Source of the DNA: Candidatus Hermodarchaeum yapensis
GTDB taxonomy: Archaea > Asgardarchaeota > Hermodarchaeia > Hermodarchaeales > Hermodarchaeaceae
Reading direction: 5' to 3'
NCBI GenBank assembly: GCA_016840405.1
Contig: JAEOSK010000004.1
Span: forward strand, 32,001 to 96,000
DNA length: 64,000 bases
The position numbers and the translations under genes are program-made. The notes beneath the pieces were generated by a model, which had not been told where the DNA came from, made no database searches, and worked only from the letters and a program-made list of their open reading frames with translations. Below, piece after piece: positions 10,560-20,410 of this stretch (position 1 is its first letter; every line of letters begins with the position of its first letter).

Positions 10560-11255
10560 TCAATCAGTATCCTCTCCAATTCCCGAAGTCATTTGGTTAT
10601 GCAGATACTCAGCTAGCTTCAATGCCATACGACCAGGAATGGTAATGAGGTAGCGACCGCGTACGCGTTCCTGTGTCACGTACCCAGCATCTTCTAATTG
10701 TTTCAGATGATGTGGGAGAGTCCCTGGTTTTAATCCTGATAACTCCATGAGATCTTGATGATATCGTGGAAAATCAGCCAGTAAATAGAGGATGCGAATC
10801 CGCTCCTCGCTTGCTAAAGGGGCGAGTAGTCGTTGAGCTTCTTCAGGTGGCACCTGACGGGCGGCTACTCCTTCGGGGTCCCAACTGACTTCATTGTCAT
10901 CAAAGCGAACGCGAGCACCTTTGGGACCGATAAACACACTACGCATTGCTCTATTAGCTCCACGCATCGCATCAGAGACAACCGTTTTGATGTAATCGCC
11001 TAACTCGACTCCATAGGCTCCCATTTTTCGACCAAATTCTTCCATCTCTTCTTGGAATACCTCGTCATCCAAATCGATGTTAACGCCCTTCGCTCTCCGT
11101 AACTTCTTGGGAGATTTCGGTGAAGGTTCACGTCTGTAATCTTTTTCCTTTTCCATCCTGCGACGAAGATTTGCCATTTGCTCCTCAAGGCGGCGCATCT
11201 CGTCACGTAATTCGTCTTCGCGTTCCTTTTCCTTGTCTTTCTTTCGACCAAACAT
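10560..11255 (-). CDS. ArsR/SmtB-type winged-helix regulator with N-terminal coiled coil
   Basis: LASEERIRILYLL...GTLPHHLKQLEDAGYV...GRYLIT; highly charged helical N-terminus. Confidence 0.85.
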   Translation of the reverse strand: MFGRKKDKEKEREDELRDEMRRLEEQMANLRRRMEKEKDYRREPSPKSPKKLRRAKGVNIDLDDEVFQEEMEEFGRKMGAYGVELGDYIKTVVSDAMRGANRAMRSVFIGPKGARVRFDDNEVSWDPEGVAARQVPPEEAQRLLAPLASEERIRILYLLADFPRYHQDLMELSGLKPGTLPHHLKQLEDAGYVTQERVRGRYLITIPGRMALKLAEYLHNQMTSGIGEDTD

Positions 11256-11396
11256 CTAAATTGTGACTCCTATCCAATCTTACTATACTTCAAAAATTCA
11301 ACTAATGCCTTCTCTTTGACACAACATTGTTTTTCCTGATTTCTCTTCATCATATTCGACTCCATTCGGTTACTAAACGAGTTAATACGGTTTCTA

Positions 11397-11450
11397 AACG
11401 ATAAATTTTATTCGTTCTGAATTAGAATAAAATCGTTCACAGATATAAAC
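11397..11450 (-). promoter_or_regulatory. Putative promoter (TATA) and inverted-repeat operator of the ArsR-type gene
   Basis: Minus-strand TTTATATC at about 11442-11449 with purine-rich GAAAG upstream. Inverted repeat ATTTTATTC (11405-11413) / GAATAAAAT (11425-11433) flanked by AACG/CGTT. Confidence 0.5.
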
Positions 11451-11556
11451 CTTTCGAATTACAACAGAACTTCCTCACCAAAGGTCAGAACCTCGTAAAG
11501 CACATTACACACACTTAAAGGCATTCTCAGCGTCATCTTCCAATGGCGAACATCCT

Positions 11557-12525
11557 GTGAAGGCAAACTCCCAAGCTTTTATCGGTTTTGCGGCGTTTCC
11601 ACTAAGCACCTTCACTTCAGATACGGCTGTTCGTCAAGTGACCACTGTTCTTCGGGCTGAACAGTTGAAAACTGCAGAGCTGCTGTGTCTGTCCAATGTC
11701 CTTGGTCGACCACGGGGCGGGCTTCCCGGTTATCCCTCCCAAGAACGGGCAGCAGATATTGGTAAGCAGATGCAAGAGTTTCATGTTAGTATTCATGGCC
11801 CTTATGTGATTTCACTCACCACCACTGAGAAAGGCAAGCTACGGACAAGTCGAGCACACATGACACGCTGTTTACACATTGCTGATGCAGTCGGAGCGAC
11901 CCACGTCACCTTTCATGCCGGATCCCGCCAAGGAGGAACAGCGGTCAAAACCCGTGTGAAAGAACGATTACTACAAATCATGGCAAAAGCCGAAGGCGAA
12001 GGAATCAACGCAGTACCGGCTCCTGAAGTCGCAGGAAAAATCGCAGGTTTTGGAAATTTTGAAGACACCTGCACTGTTGCGAGTGAGGCAGGATGTTTAT
12101 TTTGCTGGGATTTCGCACATGACTTTGCCAGAGGCGGTGATGTCACGACGGAATCTGGAATCCTACGACGCCTTGAACTCATTGAGCAGAATATCGATTT
12201 GTCTCGCTGGCGACTACCAGTTCACCTCTCAGGTATCGTCGCAGGGCGTCGCGGAGAGGTCCGGCACGCCCCCCTCGAAGGTGGAAGTAACGTTCCTTGG
12301 AAGCTTTTCCTCTCTGTTCTACGGGAACAACGGTTCTTAGACAAGGTGAGTATTGTCTGTGAATCAAAATCCGAGGAAGCAAATGGTCTCGACTTTCGGG
12401 TGAAAGAAGCCCTTCTGTTGAAATCTTTCATTGAGAGTGGACGGATCGAGAAGGATTATCAATCCGCACAGCCTAGCCTTTCACAGTTTTTTACATCAAA
12501 AACGAAGGATAACCAAAAGGATTAG
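11557..12525 (+). CDS. Endonuclease IV-like (AP endonuclease 2 TIM barrel) with C-terminal PIP box
   Basis: Metal-ligand motifs HGPY, FHAG, PEV, DFAH, HLSG, EVRH and CES. QPSLSQFF near the C-terminus. Confidence 0.8.
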   Translation: MKANSQAFIGFAAFPLSTFTSDTAVRQVTTVLRAEQLKTAELLCLSNVLGRPRGGLPGYPSQERAADIGKQMQEFHVSIHGPYVISLTTTEKGKLRTSRAHMTRCLHIADAVGATHVTFHAGSRQGGTAVKTRVKERLLQIMAKAEGEGINAVPAPEVAGKIAGFGNFEDTCTVASEAGCLFCWDFAHDFARGGDVTTESGILRRLELIEQNIDLSRWRLPVHLSGIVAGRRGEVRHAPLEGGSNVPWKLFLSVLREQRFLDKVSIVCESKSEEANGLDFRVKEALLLKSFIESGRIEKDYQSAQPSLSQFFTSKTKDNQKD

Positions 12526-13967
12526 ACATGGATGGGCGGTTGGCGTTTTATCCAAGGCAGAGCTACCTCAATTTGTGCGGCTAGTCGAAAGAGAGTTGCT
12601 TCATCTCCAAAGCGACCCACGAAGTGCGTACCGACTGGTAACCCGTCACTTGTCCAGTGAAGAGGCATTGACATGGCTGGTTGTCCTGTGATGTTTTGGA
12701 TTTGTGTGAAGGGGGTAAATTCACCAGCACGTAAGAAGCCTTTCATGGGATGTTCTGGAGGGCAGTCAAAATAACCCAGGGGAACAGGAGGTTCAATGAG
12801 AGTAGGTGTGAGCCAGATATCATATTCTTGGAAAAAGCGGGCAATATCTCGAGATATTTGCTGGAGCATCATGATTGAAAACAGGTAATCACCAGCATTA
12901 TATTGCCGTCCAATTTTCGCTAACTCCCAGGTGAGAGGTTCAACTTCTTCCTGCAGGACAGGACTTCCACGAAGTTGTTCAATATTCCTGAAGACGGCTG
13001 TCACACCTCCCGACCATAGGGCGACAAAGTTTTGATACATGGCTTGAATGTTAAAATCGGGGTTTGCTTCAACCAACTCATGACCATGTTCAGAACACAA
13101 TGAGACGGCAGTATCAATTGCTTTTACACACTCTTTGTGGGCGACTTCACCCGTTATTGCCTTCGATGTGTAGGCTATACGTATTTTTCCCGGATCCGCT
13201 CCAACTTCTTGGAGGAATGGCCGTTTCGGTGGTGGTGCCCAATAGGGATCACCGACATCTGGACCGGCAGTTGCATCAAGTAAGGCGGCACTATCTCGAA
13301 CGGAACGTGTTAGTGCATGTTCGACGACCAGTCCGCTTTGGATATCACCATGTGTGGGCGCCAAGGGATTGCGGGCCCGTGTGGGTTTTATACCAAATAC
13401 ACCACAACAGGAGGCGGGAATACGGATAGAGCCTCCACCATCACTGGCATGCGCCATTGGTACAATCCCTGCAGCCACCGCGGCTGCAGTTCCTCCACTG
13501 GATCCCCCGGTTGTACGTTCAGTATCCCAGGGATTTCGTGTGGGACCAAAGAATAGCGGTTCAGTGGTTGAAAGGAGACCAAATTCTGGAGTATTAGTTT
13601 TTCCAACGGTAATGAGTCCTGCCCTTTTGAATCTCTTAACAAGTTCACTGTCAAAATCAGGAATGTAATCTTTTAGGGCTGCTGAACCATAACTTAGTCG
13701 AACACCCGCATAAGCAGCCAAGATATCCTTCAACAGGAAAGGAACCCCAGTGAAAGGTCCTTTAGGTAGTTTTCCTTTAGCTGTTTTACGAGCCTCGTCA
13801 AACATGGGGGTGATGACAGCGTTGATTTTTGGATTGATGTGTTCGATGCGTTCAATCACGACCTCTACTAACTCAGAGGGTGTTACTTCTTTTTGGCGAA
13901 CCTTTTCTGCGATAGCCGTAGCATCAAGAGTAGCTAATTCACGAGAGTCGACCATAATCTCACCCAA
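12522..13967 (-). CDS. Amidase signature family protein
   Basis: [14 protein letters not shown] and [14 protein letters not shown] motifs. Confidence 0.95.
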   Translation of the reverse strand: MGEIMVDSRELATLDATAIAEKVRQKEVTPSELVEVVIERIEHINPKINAVITPMFDEARKTAKGKLPKGPFTGVPFLLKDILAAYAGVRLSYGSAALKDYIPDFDSELVKRFKRAGLITVGKTNTPEFGLLSTTEPLFFGPTRNPWDTERTTGGSSGGTAAAVAAGIVPMAHASDGGGSIRIPASCCGVFGIKPTRARNPLAPTHGDIQSGLVVEHALTRSVRDSAALLDATAGPDVGDPYWAPPPKRPFLQEVGADPGKIRIAYTSKAITGEVAHKECVKAIDTAVSLCSEHGHELVEANPDFNIQAMYQNFVALWSGGVTAVFRNIEQLRGSPVLQEEVEPLTWELAKIGRQYNAGDYLFSIMMLQQISRDIARFFQEYDIWLTPTLIEPPVPLGYFDCPPEHPMKGFLRAGEFTPFTQIQNITGQPAMSMPLHWTSDGLPVGTHFVGRFGDEATLFRLAAQIEVALPWIKRQPPIHV

Positions 13968-14124
13968 ACATCAAGTTTCGCTTTGAATAGGGGACATCCT
14001 ATTCATTATTGTATGGGGATGAATGCACATCTGCTGTTTGCTCGTAGAAGGCTTCTGATGGATGGTTGATTCCTCAGCCTTTAGCAATCACTAAGAATTC
14101 TACCCTGCAGTTTTTGAGAAAAAG

Positions 14125-15066
14125 CTACTCCCGTTCCAATATACCGGTCAAACAGCCAATCCCCCCAGCCGCTTTTGTCACCTCACTGATATTGACCAGA
14201 TGACACTTCAATCCTAGCTCTTCATAAAATCGTTGTGTATTTGGATTTCCACTTGCTGTTAGGATTTTCTTGGGCCCCAATGTGACGAAGTTCATTGATA
14301 GCCCGGTGGCAATTTCAGCTTCATCAGGTGCAAAAAGTGTAGAGAAACCATGTTCCCGTAGTATTTCCAAGGTTGAATCACACAGTCTGCCAGGCCTACA
14401 GATTGCTAGGTCTTGATCTGCAAAGCGAAGGTCCCCCATGAGATGCATAGAACCTGATGGAAGGTCAACTTTTACTGATTCAATTCCCATCTCTTTCAAG
14501 TGACTTGACACCTGCATTGCTCCCTCTTTGTTAGTTCGAAAACCTACGCTAATCATAACCGTGTCAGGGTTGAGCCAAGCCGCATCAGCTCCTTCGAATG
14601 TCCCTTTCCCGTGTATGCTTCTTAAAATGGGTATGCCAAGGCTGGCTAGCCGAGCTGCGACAAATCGTTCCTCTCCTGCGCGGACTGACGAAGCGGGACG
14701 AGAAAGAATCATTCCTTCAGGTGTGGTAAATAACAAATCTGCAACAAACATCAGATTGGGGGGAGGCGTTACATTTGGTTCAAGATACGACACAGTTACA
14801 CCTGAATTTCTGAAGGCTTCTGCAAGGTTATCATGCTGCTTCGTGATTATTTCTATGGATGGAATTTCAATCATCTGCACATCGTCTGGATCTGAGATTC
14901 TCTTAAGCTCAATGCCTGGACGATGAAGAAGCACCTTCCTGAGACGGTTCCACTCATTGTTGACTCCACAGGAACTCCATATGTCCCCAAGTTCTTCTTT
15001 CAACGATCTTTCCCGTGGAGACCAGCCCTTTCCTCCATATGGAGAACCCTTTGACCTGTCTTTCAT
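14125..15066 (-). CDS. Amidinotransferase / dimethylargininase-like (penteine) enzyme
   Basis: LRKVLLHRPG, FEGAD, MHL and C-terminal GGIGCLT with the catalytic Cys. Confidence 0.88.
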   Translation of the reverse strand: MKDRSKGSPYGGKGWSPRERSLKEELGDIWSSCGVNNEWNRLRKVLLHRPGIELKRISDPDDVQMIEIPSIEIITKQHDNLAEAFRNSGVTVSYLEPNVTPPPNLMFVADLLFTTPEGMILSRPASSVRAGEERFVAARLASLGIPILRSIHGKGTFEGADAAWLNPDTVMISVGFRTNKEGAMQVSSHLKEMGIESVKVDLPSGSMHLMGDLRFADQDLAICRPGRLCDSTLEILREHGFSTLFAPDEAEIATGLSMNFVTLGPKKILTASGNPNTQRFYEELGLKCHLVNISEVTKAAGGIGCLTGILERE

Positions 15067-15224
15067 CTAAGACACCACGAATCTTCGAAAACTATGTGAT
15101 GACAAGGGAAGTATCTCCCCTTGCACTACTAATTAGTAAAATTACATTTCTTCTCGTACTTGAAGCTTGACTTGATGTGAAGTTTTTTCAAATTGCAACC
15201 TTATGCCTTAGAACGAGGCCCGAA

Positions 15225-15267
15225 GTTTTTCATGGTTTTATCTGCTTTACTCTCATGTATCGAAGAC
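15225..15267 (+). repeat. Intergenic hairpin-TWTCGAAGAC repeat, copy 1
   Basis: gtttttcatggttttatctgctttactctcatgtatcgaagac; 23 of the first 30 nt are identical to the 18907 copy. Confidence 0.75.
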
Positions 15268-15289
15268 ATAATTACTGCAAATCGCTAAT

Positions 15290-16420
15290 CTAATCGGATA
15301 GGTGGGTCCTGAACCAATCGATGGTATATGGAAGGATTTCGTCTAAGAAGTTGACGCAGCAGTGCTCTCCAGTAGGGTAGAATTTTAGTTCTTTTTTGCC
15401 CTCGGCCCAGTTGATGATGTAGTCAGCGTGTCTTTTTGCATTTGGGATTAGCCTATCTTTTCCTCCTTGAATGAAAAGCAATGGGCGGTCAAGGGGTGGC
15501 GCTTTTTGGATATCGTATTTGGCTAATTCGTCCTGAGCCTCTTCAAGAGTTCCAAACCCCATGACGTGTAAAATGTTTCTGATCCAGAGAGGGTTCATTT
15601 TTTTAATTTGAGAAGGAGGAGGGAGGTATCCTGGTCCGCCGTTTCCTACGGTGCAAGATATTCGGTTTTCGAATGCGGTTACGTAGGGGGCGAGGTATCC
15701 GCCAAAACTCATGCCGTAGGTTCCGATTCGGCTAAGAGCAATATTGTATTCGTTTTTACTCTCAAACCAGTCGATGATTGCACTAACGACGTTGTTGTAA
15801 TCAGGGATCATTTTCATCCTGGACCACATCTCTCCTTGCCCAGGGCCGTCAAAAGCAAAAACATTGAAACCAGCATTCAAGAGAAGATTGCCCAAGTAGT
15901 AGTTTTCAATTTCTTTGATGTTGTCTAAGCCGTTGATTTGAATTATTAGTGGCGTATTAGGTTTTTGAGCGAGTCGAAGGTATCCGGGGATTGAAGTACC
16001 TCGAAAGGGTATCTCGACTCTTTTCGGTCTTTCAACACCATCATAGAGGGCAATAGCTTTTTTGTAAGCGTCCCTTGCCCGTTCTTGGACCGCCACCTTT
16101 TTTGTGAGATCAATAAAGTAGATATGCTGCCCAATGTGAAAACAGCCTGCAGCTTCATGGAACAGCGCCCTAGCCGTAATGGTGTTACTATCAGTAAGTG
16201 CGGTTGTGGCAAGGGTTTCAAGTACCTCTCCTTCTTTGGTCCACTCATCGCACCACATGTAGAAGTTTTTTATTCGTGAGATGACCCTACGAATCCGATC
16301 TAGGCTCACACCACAAATTAGGAACCGGCTGAACCAGTACCTGTAAACACGCTTTTCATTGAATAAGAAACGGTAAAGTATCCTTTCTTTGAGAGATAAT
16401 TTCCCAATTTCGAGTGGCAT
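15290..16420 (-). CDS. Alpha/beta hydrolase (FrsA / 2,6-dihydroxypseudooxynicotine hydrolase-like)
   Basis: GLDNIKE, FDGPGQGE, nucleophile elbow GMSFGGY and GEHCC. Confidence 0.88.
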   Translation of the reverse strand: MPLEIGKLSLKERILYRFLFNEKRVYRYWFSRFLICGVSLDRIRRVISRIKNFYMWCDEWTKEGEVLETLATTALTDSNTITARALFHEAAGCFHIGQHIYFIDLTKKVAVQERARDAYKKAIALYDGVERPKRVEIPFRGTSIPGYLRLAQKPNTPLIIQINGLDNIKEIENYYLGNLLLNAGFNVFAFDGPGQGEMWSRMKMIPDYNNVVSAIIDWFESKNEYNIALSRIGTYGMSFGGYLAPYVTAFENRISCTVGNGGPGYLPPPSQIKKMNPLWIRNILHVMGFGTLEEAQDELAKYDIQKAPPLDRPLLFIQGGKDRLIPNAKRHADYIINWAEGKKELKFYPTGEHCCVNFLDEILPYTIDWFRTHLSD

Positions 16421-16535
16421 AGTTACAAATTGATATCATATATTAATTAAATACTGACTGGAAGCTTGTTAGAGGTAATTCGGTAGTGATTAGAGTCTAT
16501 CTTCTGCAGCATTATATTCTTAAAATGCAGAACCA

Positions 16536-16579
16536 GATTTTTGGTGCTGCATTAACTACATAGATTGAATAACGAAGAC
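16536..16579 (+). repeat. Intergenic hairpin-TWTCGAAGAC repeat, copy 2 (diverged)
   Basis: gatttttggtg...ttgaataacgaagac; the 3' 15 nt match the 27250 copy at 13/15, with the same T-run-to-GAAGAC spacing. Confidence 0.55.
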
Positions 16580-16671
16580 TCACTTTCCTAATTATCTCAA
16601 TCGTTTAAGAAACATCTGCTATCAAGACGGTTTTAATTGCTTTACTAGCGCAATGGTCCTGCTCTTCTTTG

Positions 16672-17241
16672 TCATCTGTATTGTTGGTGGGTTTTGTGGG
16701 GTGCAAATCTCTTGTTAGGAGTTCCTTTCTGAAGTCTTCTTAGCGTCATCAACCATGAAATAACGAAGAAGATTGTTGTTGAGATCATGGCACTTATTGG
16801 AGTCATTAAATGTGCCCATGGTCCTAGAATGGCTTCGCTCATTGCTGTAATTATATTAATCCATCCTGTGGTGATAGTTATAGTCAAATACAGGGAATAG
16901 AAAATCAGGGCACTCATCATCACGTATGTTATAGCTATCCAATTATCTTTTGTCATTCGAACCGCTTCAATTGCGATGATCGCTTCTCGGCCCTGATCAG
17001 TTAGTTCGTATGAACCTTGGTATTTGGCTTCGATGAAGCCAACGAGTTTGTTTAGATGATGGGCGAGGTTCCCACTACTGGATATGCCTAGTTTGCGTTT
17101 TAAGTCGCCAAAGCTTAATGTGGTTTGGCTCAGTACTTGTAGAATTTGTATCCTGGTGGTGTGGGAGATGGCTTCAAAAAGTTCAGCTGTCGCAGAATCT
17201 TTACTTTGTGCAACTTTCCCATTCGTTTCTTGTGAATTCAT
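16672..17241 (-). CDS. ArsR-like winged-helix protein with two C-terminal TM helices
   Basis: LFEAISHTTRIQIL...SGNLAHHLNKL...YELTDQG followed by hydrophobic segments. Confidence 0.82.
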   Translation of the reverse strand: MNSQETNGKVAQSKDSATAELFEAISHTTRIQILQVLSQTTLSFGDLKRKLGISSSGNLAHHLNKLVGFIEAKYQGSYELTDQGREAIIAIEAVRMTKDNWIAITYVMMSALIFYSLYLTITITTGWINIITAMSEAILGPWAHLMTPISAMISTTIFFVISWLMTLRRLQKGTPNKRFAPHKTHQQYR

Positions 17242-17552
17242 CGGGAATTACATTCTCCAATAAATCTCTCAAAACTACACCCTATTTAATTCCTCAGTTC
17301 TTGACCGCTGGTCAATACACCTCGACCAATATTTTTGTCTAAGCTATTGAGTCAATCAAGCACTTTGGTCATGTAAGAAAAACTAGCTAGAGGAAGCCTT
17401 AACTTCTTCAAAAAGCCCAGAAGCGATCAAGTCGGTGTCTGAAAATGAAATAAATTGTAAAAGAGGCAATCCTTCACGGATTGAACCGGAACCAGCGCCT
17501 TTCAGGTTGCACTTCGAACTGGTGGAATGGAATAGATCCAAATCATTGCTTT

Positions 17553-17699
17553 TTAAGGTTAGAGCAAGCGGATTTTCCAGGCGATATACGCCATTCTCTT
17601 GGGTTTCGAAGACAAATATGCCTGATATCGAACTAACGACGTGAAAGATGATTTGTTTCACGTCATATAATCTTGGAAGAAGATGCAATATTGTTAGTG
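17553..17699 (+). repeat. Long copy 3 of the intergenic repeat (core 17571-17613 plus GACGTGAAA/TTTCACGTC hairpin)
   Basis: Aligns end to end with 18889-19047. Perfect 9-bp inverted repeat at 17638-17664. Confidence 0.85.
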
Positions 17700-17777
17700 G
17701 GGTTTTTAGACTAATTTTAAAATCAGGATTTTCTTCAACATTTTCACTTGTGCCTCTGTTCGCTTGTCTTCATCCTG

Positions 17778-18785
17778 TTACTTCTGGAGGGTTAAGCTAT
17801 CAGCATAGGGTGCAAGTGTTTTATCAATTTCAGTCATTTGTTTGTTAGAGAGAGGGCCATATTGGAGTGTTTGGCTGATTTCCTCGACTTGCTTTTCGGT
17901 TTTAAAGCCGGGTATTGGGATGACTTGGGGTCCAAGAGCTAAAAGCCACCCAAGGGCAGCTTGCGTTAAGGTACGTCCGCCTCTGATGAGTATGTCGTGA
18001 ATCATTTCGAGCATCTCAAGTTGTTTCGCTTGTCGTCCTTCTTGCATGTCCCACGCGGCTCGAATGTCGTTAGGTACCTTTGAACTCTTGCTAAATTTTC
18101 CAGTCAGCAGACCCATAGCGAGTGGACCCCGTATGATATTCGCTTGGTCGAATTCTTCACAAAGGGCTAGCATTTCTGTATTGCGCTCAAAGATATTATA
18201 GTGGTATTCCATAGCGGTGCAATGAGGTCCTGCAATAAACGTTCTAGCCCGATCAGGATTGACTGTACTCCACCCATAAGCACGAATCATTCCGTTATCG
18301 ACGAGAGTTTCCATCATAGGTACGAGAGCTTTTGCGAGGTGGGCATCGTACGCATTACAATGAAACAAGTAGAGGTCGATATAGTCGGTGTTAAGGCGTT
18401 GGAGACTGGCTTCACAGGCTTTTCGAATCGATTCGGGTTGGATAAGATCTGGATCACCTAACCAAGTCCTAGTGTCTTCTTCGAACATGCCCCCAAACTT
18501 GGTGCATATGATGACCTCATCTCGGTAACCTTTCAAGGCTTGACCTAGAATTCGTTCACTATGACCGCCTCCATAGGCATCAGCTGTATCAAAGAAATTA
18601 ATACCTAAATTCAGAGCTCTATGGATGGCTTGGATGGAATCGTCGTCGTTCACTTGACCATAACTCAACGCAACTCGTTTACCTTCAGTTTGATACCAAA
18701 GGGGTCCACCAATAGCCCAACAACCGAGTCCTACCGAACTGACTTCAATCCCACTTCGACCTAATTTTCGAGTACGAGTTTTCAT
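17778..18785 (-). CDS. Aldo/keto reductase
   Basis: GLGCWAIGG, FFDTADAYG, SLQRLNTDYIDLY and IPIPG. Start placed at MKTRTRKLG; the upstream in-frame extension runs into the repeat. Confidence 0.93.
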   Translation of the reverse strand: MKTRTRKLGRSGIEVSSVGLGCWAIGGPLWYQTEGKRVALSYGQVNDDDSIQAIHRALNLGINFFDTADAYGGGHSERILGQALKGYRDEVIICTKFGGMFEEDTRTWLGDPDLIQPESIRKACEASLQRLNTDYIDLYLFHCNAYDAHLAKALVPMMETLVDNGMIRAYGWSTVNPDRARTFIAGPHCTAMEYHYNIFERNTEMLALCEEFDQANIIRGPLAMGLLTGKFSKSSKVPNDIRAAWDMQEGRQAKQLEMLEMIHDILIRGGRTLTQAALGWLLALGPQVIPIPGFKTEKQVEEISQTLQYGPLSNKQMTEIDKTLAPYADSLTLQK

Positions 18786-18888
18786 TTTATCATTCTTCAC
18801 GTTTATGTTAATCTGATAACTATCAAACATACATTTTTTCTTATCATTGAACCATCGGCCGGCAATTTCATTAGCACAATATATCTTA

Positions 18889-19047
18889 TTAAGATTAGAG
18901 TAAACGGTTTTTCTTTGATTTATGTGCCATTCTCTCGGGTTTCGAAGACATATGTGCAATTCCGATCAAATGACGTGAAAGATGATTTGGTTCACATTAA
19001 AAACTTCTAAAAATCCTTCGCCGAAGATACTAGCAAAATGCTTAGCG
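18889..19047 (+). repeat. Long copy 4 of the intergenic repeat (core 18907-18949)
   Basis: ttaagattagagtaaacggtttttc...ccattctctcgggtttcgaagaca...gacgtgaaagatgatttggttcac, homologous to 17553-17699. Confidence 0.85.
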
Positions 19048-19060
19048 TGTTCTTCAAATC

Positions 19061-20155
19061 TTATGATTGCAGTTCCATGGTTTCTCTCAGCCTTTTCCCC
19101 CGTAGAGCATTCATTTTGTTCTTGATTAAGCTTAGACCAACAATTTTTCGGTCGAAGGAAATGGTCATTTGAGGTGAAAGATATGTGATGCTAGCACTGC
19201 CAATGGCATCGGGAAATTTTTCGCGATAATTCTCTTCCCACCTAAGATGACTTCCAATGCTATGGTGGTTTCCAAAGAGTAAGATGTTGTATTTTCCATG
19301 GAGGACTTTGTAGCCTATCGGAATGTAAGGATCTTGAACAATCTCACGAATGATCTTTTCTTTAGACTTTTTAATTTCAAATAGTGAATAGGTCAATACA
19401 TAATTTGGTGGTACAAAATAATTAGGAAAACGGCAAATCGGGGTAGCGAGTATATTCTTTTTTAGTAGTGATGCTATCCGCTTTTCAACCGTCTTTCGAT
19501 GTAATCCAGTTTTTTCACATAAAGCAGCGTAGTTGGCTTTAATTCCATTTCCATCAACTAATTGTTTCATGATTTCGATATCGACAATGTCGAGGGGGTG
19601 GCCATTTAAAGTCAGTTCACCCTTCGCTTTGAAATCGCTCTCAATGAGATGAATTCCGGAGTTGGGGTCGTATTTGATTATACGTTGATTCGAAAAATAA
19701 GTCGTGCTCGAATTAAAATTCGCACCTTCCTCAGAGAGCCCATATTGCGATTTTAATATTGAAGGTAATGATTCCATGTAAATTTGGAAGTTTGTGATGT
19801 CTTTATGATAAACGAACAGTATGGTATCATAGTCTCCTTGCCGTGAACTAAAAGCTGCGAATATATATGGATCCTCTTTTACCCAGTTCTCGAATTTTTT
19901 TCGATCCTGTGGCGTTTTCGGTAGGTCTAATTGTAGATCAATGAGTAGCGGATAGTATTGATAAAGACCGGGGAATCTAAAAACGGGGCGATCGAGAATT
20001 TTATGATTAAAGAGTTTTTCAACTTTTTTCCTAATAGTATTTCTGTGTTTACCAAGAGCTCTTGAAAGATTGCTGAGGTTGACATTTACAGCCTCACCAG
20101 ATACCAGACTTTGCATTAGTATCAGATCTTCTTCATTCTTTAGTAAATTTGACAT
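19061..20155 (-). CDS. Tandem (duplicated) Lrp/AsnC-like transcriptional regulator
   Basis: Two HTH+RAM-like units (LSRALGKHRNTIRKKV / LCEKTGLHRKTVEKRI). Divergent from the glutamate dehydrogenase. Confidence 0.8.
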   Translation of the reverse strand: MSNLLKNEEDLILMQSLVSGEAVNVNLSNLSRALGKHRNTIRKKVEKLFNHKILDRPVFRFPGLYQYYPLLIDLQLDLPKTPQDRKKFENWVKEDPYIFAAFSSRQGDYDTILFVYHKDITNFQIYMESLPSILKSQYGLSEEGANFNSSTTYFSNQRIIKYDPNSGIHLIESDFKAKGELTLNGHPLDIVDIEIMKQLVDGNGIKANYAALCEKTGLHRKTVEKRIASLLKKNILATPICRFPNYFVPPNYVLTYSLFEIKKSKEKIIREIVQDPYIPIGYKVLHGKYNILLFGNHHSIGSHLRWEENYREKFPDAIGSASITYLSPQMTISFDRKIVGLSLIKNKMNALRGKRLRETMELQS

Positions 20156-20410
20156 AATTTCACGCACTTTAAGCCAATATTAATATCTTTTTCGTAATAT
20201 TATATCAACTTTGTCATTATTCGTTGTTGATTATTATCTTATCAAATATGAATATTATTTGAACAAATGTGTCAATTATGTCATTTCTCTTTGCATAATA
20301 GTTAATCTATTTTGTATTTTTTCTCAAAAATTTGTAATCTATATTTAATAATATCTATTCTTCAATTTATAATCAGAGCAAACACAAAAATTGTAAAAAA
20401 GGTGTTTATA

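Noticed and set aside
17474-17505. Minus-strand GGTTCAATCC resembling a tRNA T-loop
   Set aside because: No 5-bp T-stem, acceptor stem or D-arm can be built.
17632-17699. ACTAAC...GTTAGT pair around a hairpin, resembling an integron attC
   Set aside because: The internal hairpin is off-centre by about 28 nt, there are no L boxes, the pair is not kept in the homologous copy at 18889-19047, and no IntI gene is in the window.
17383-17848. Short ORFs 17383-17688, 17435-17644 and 17648-17848, and the N-terminal extension of the aldo-keto reductase to 18959
   Set aside because: They run through the non-coding repeat and show no protein-like motifs.
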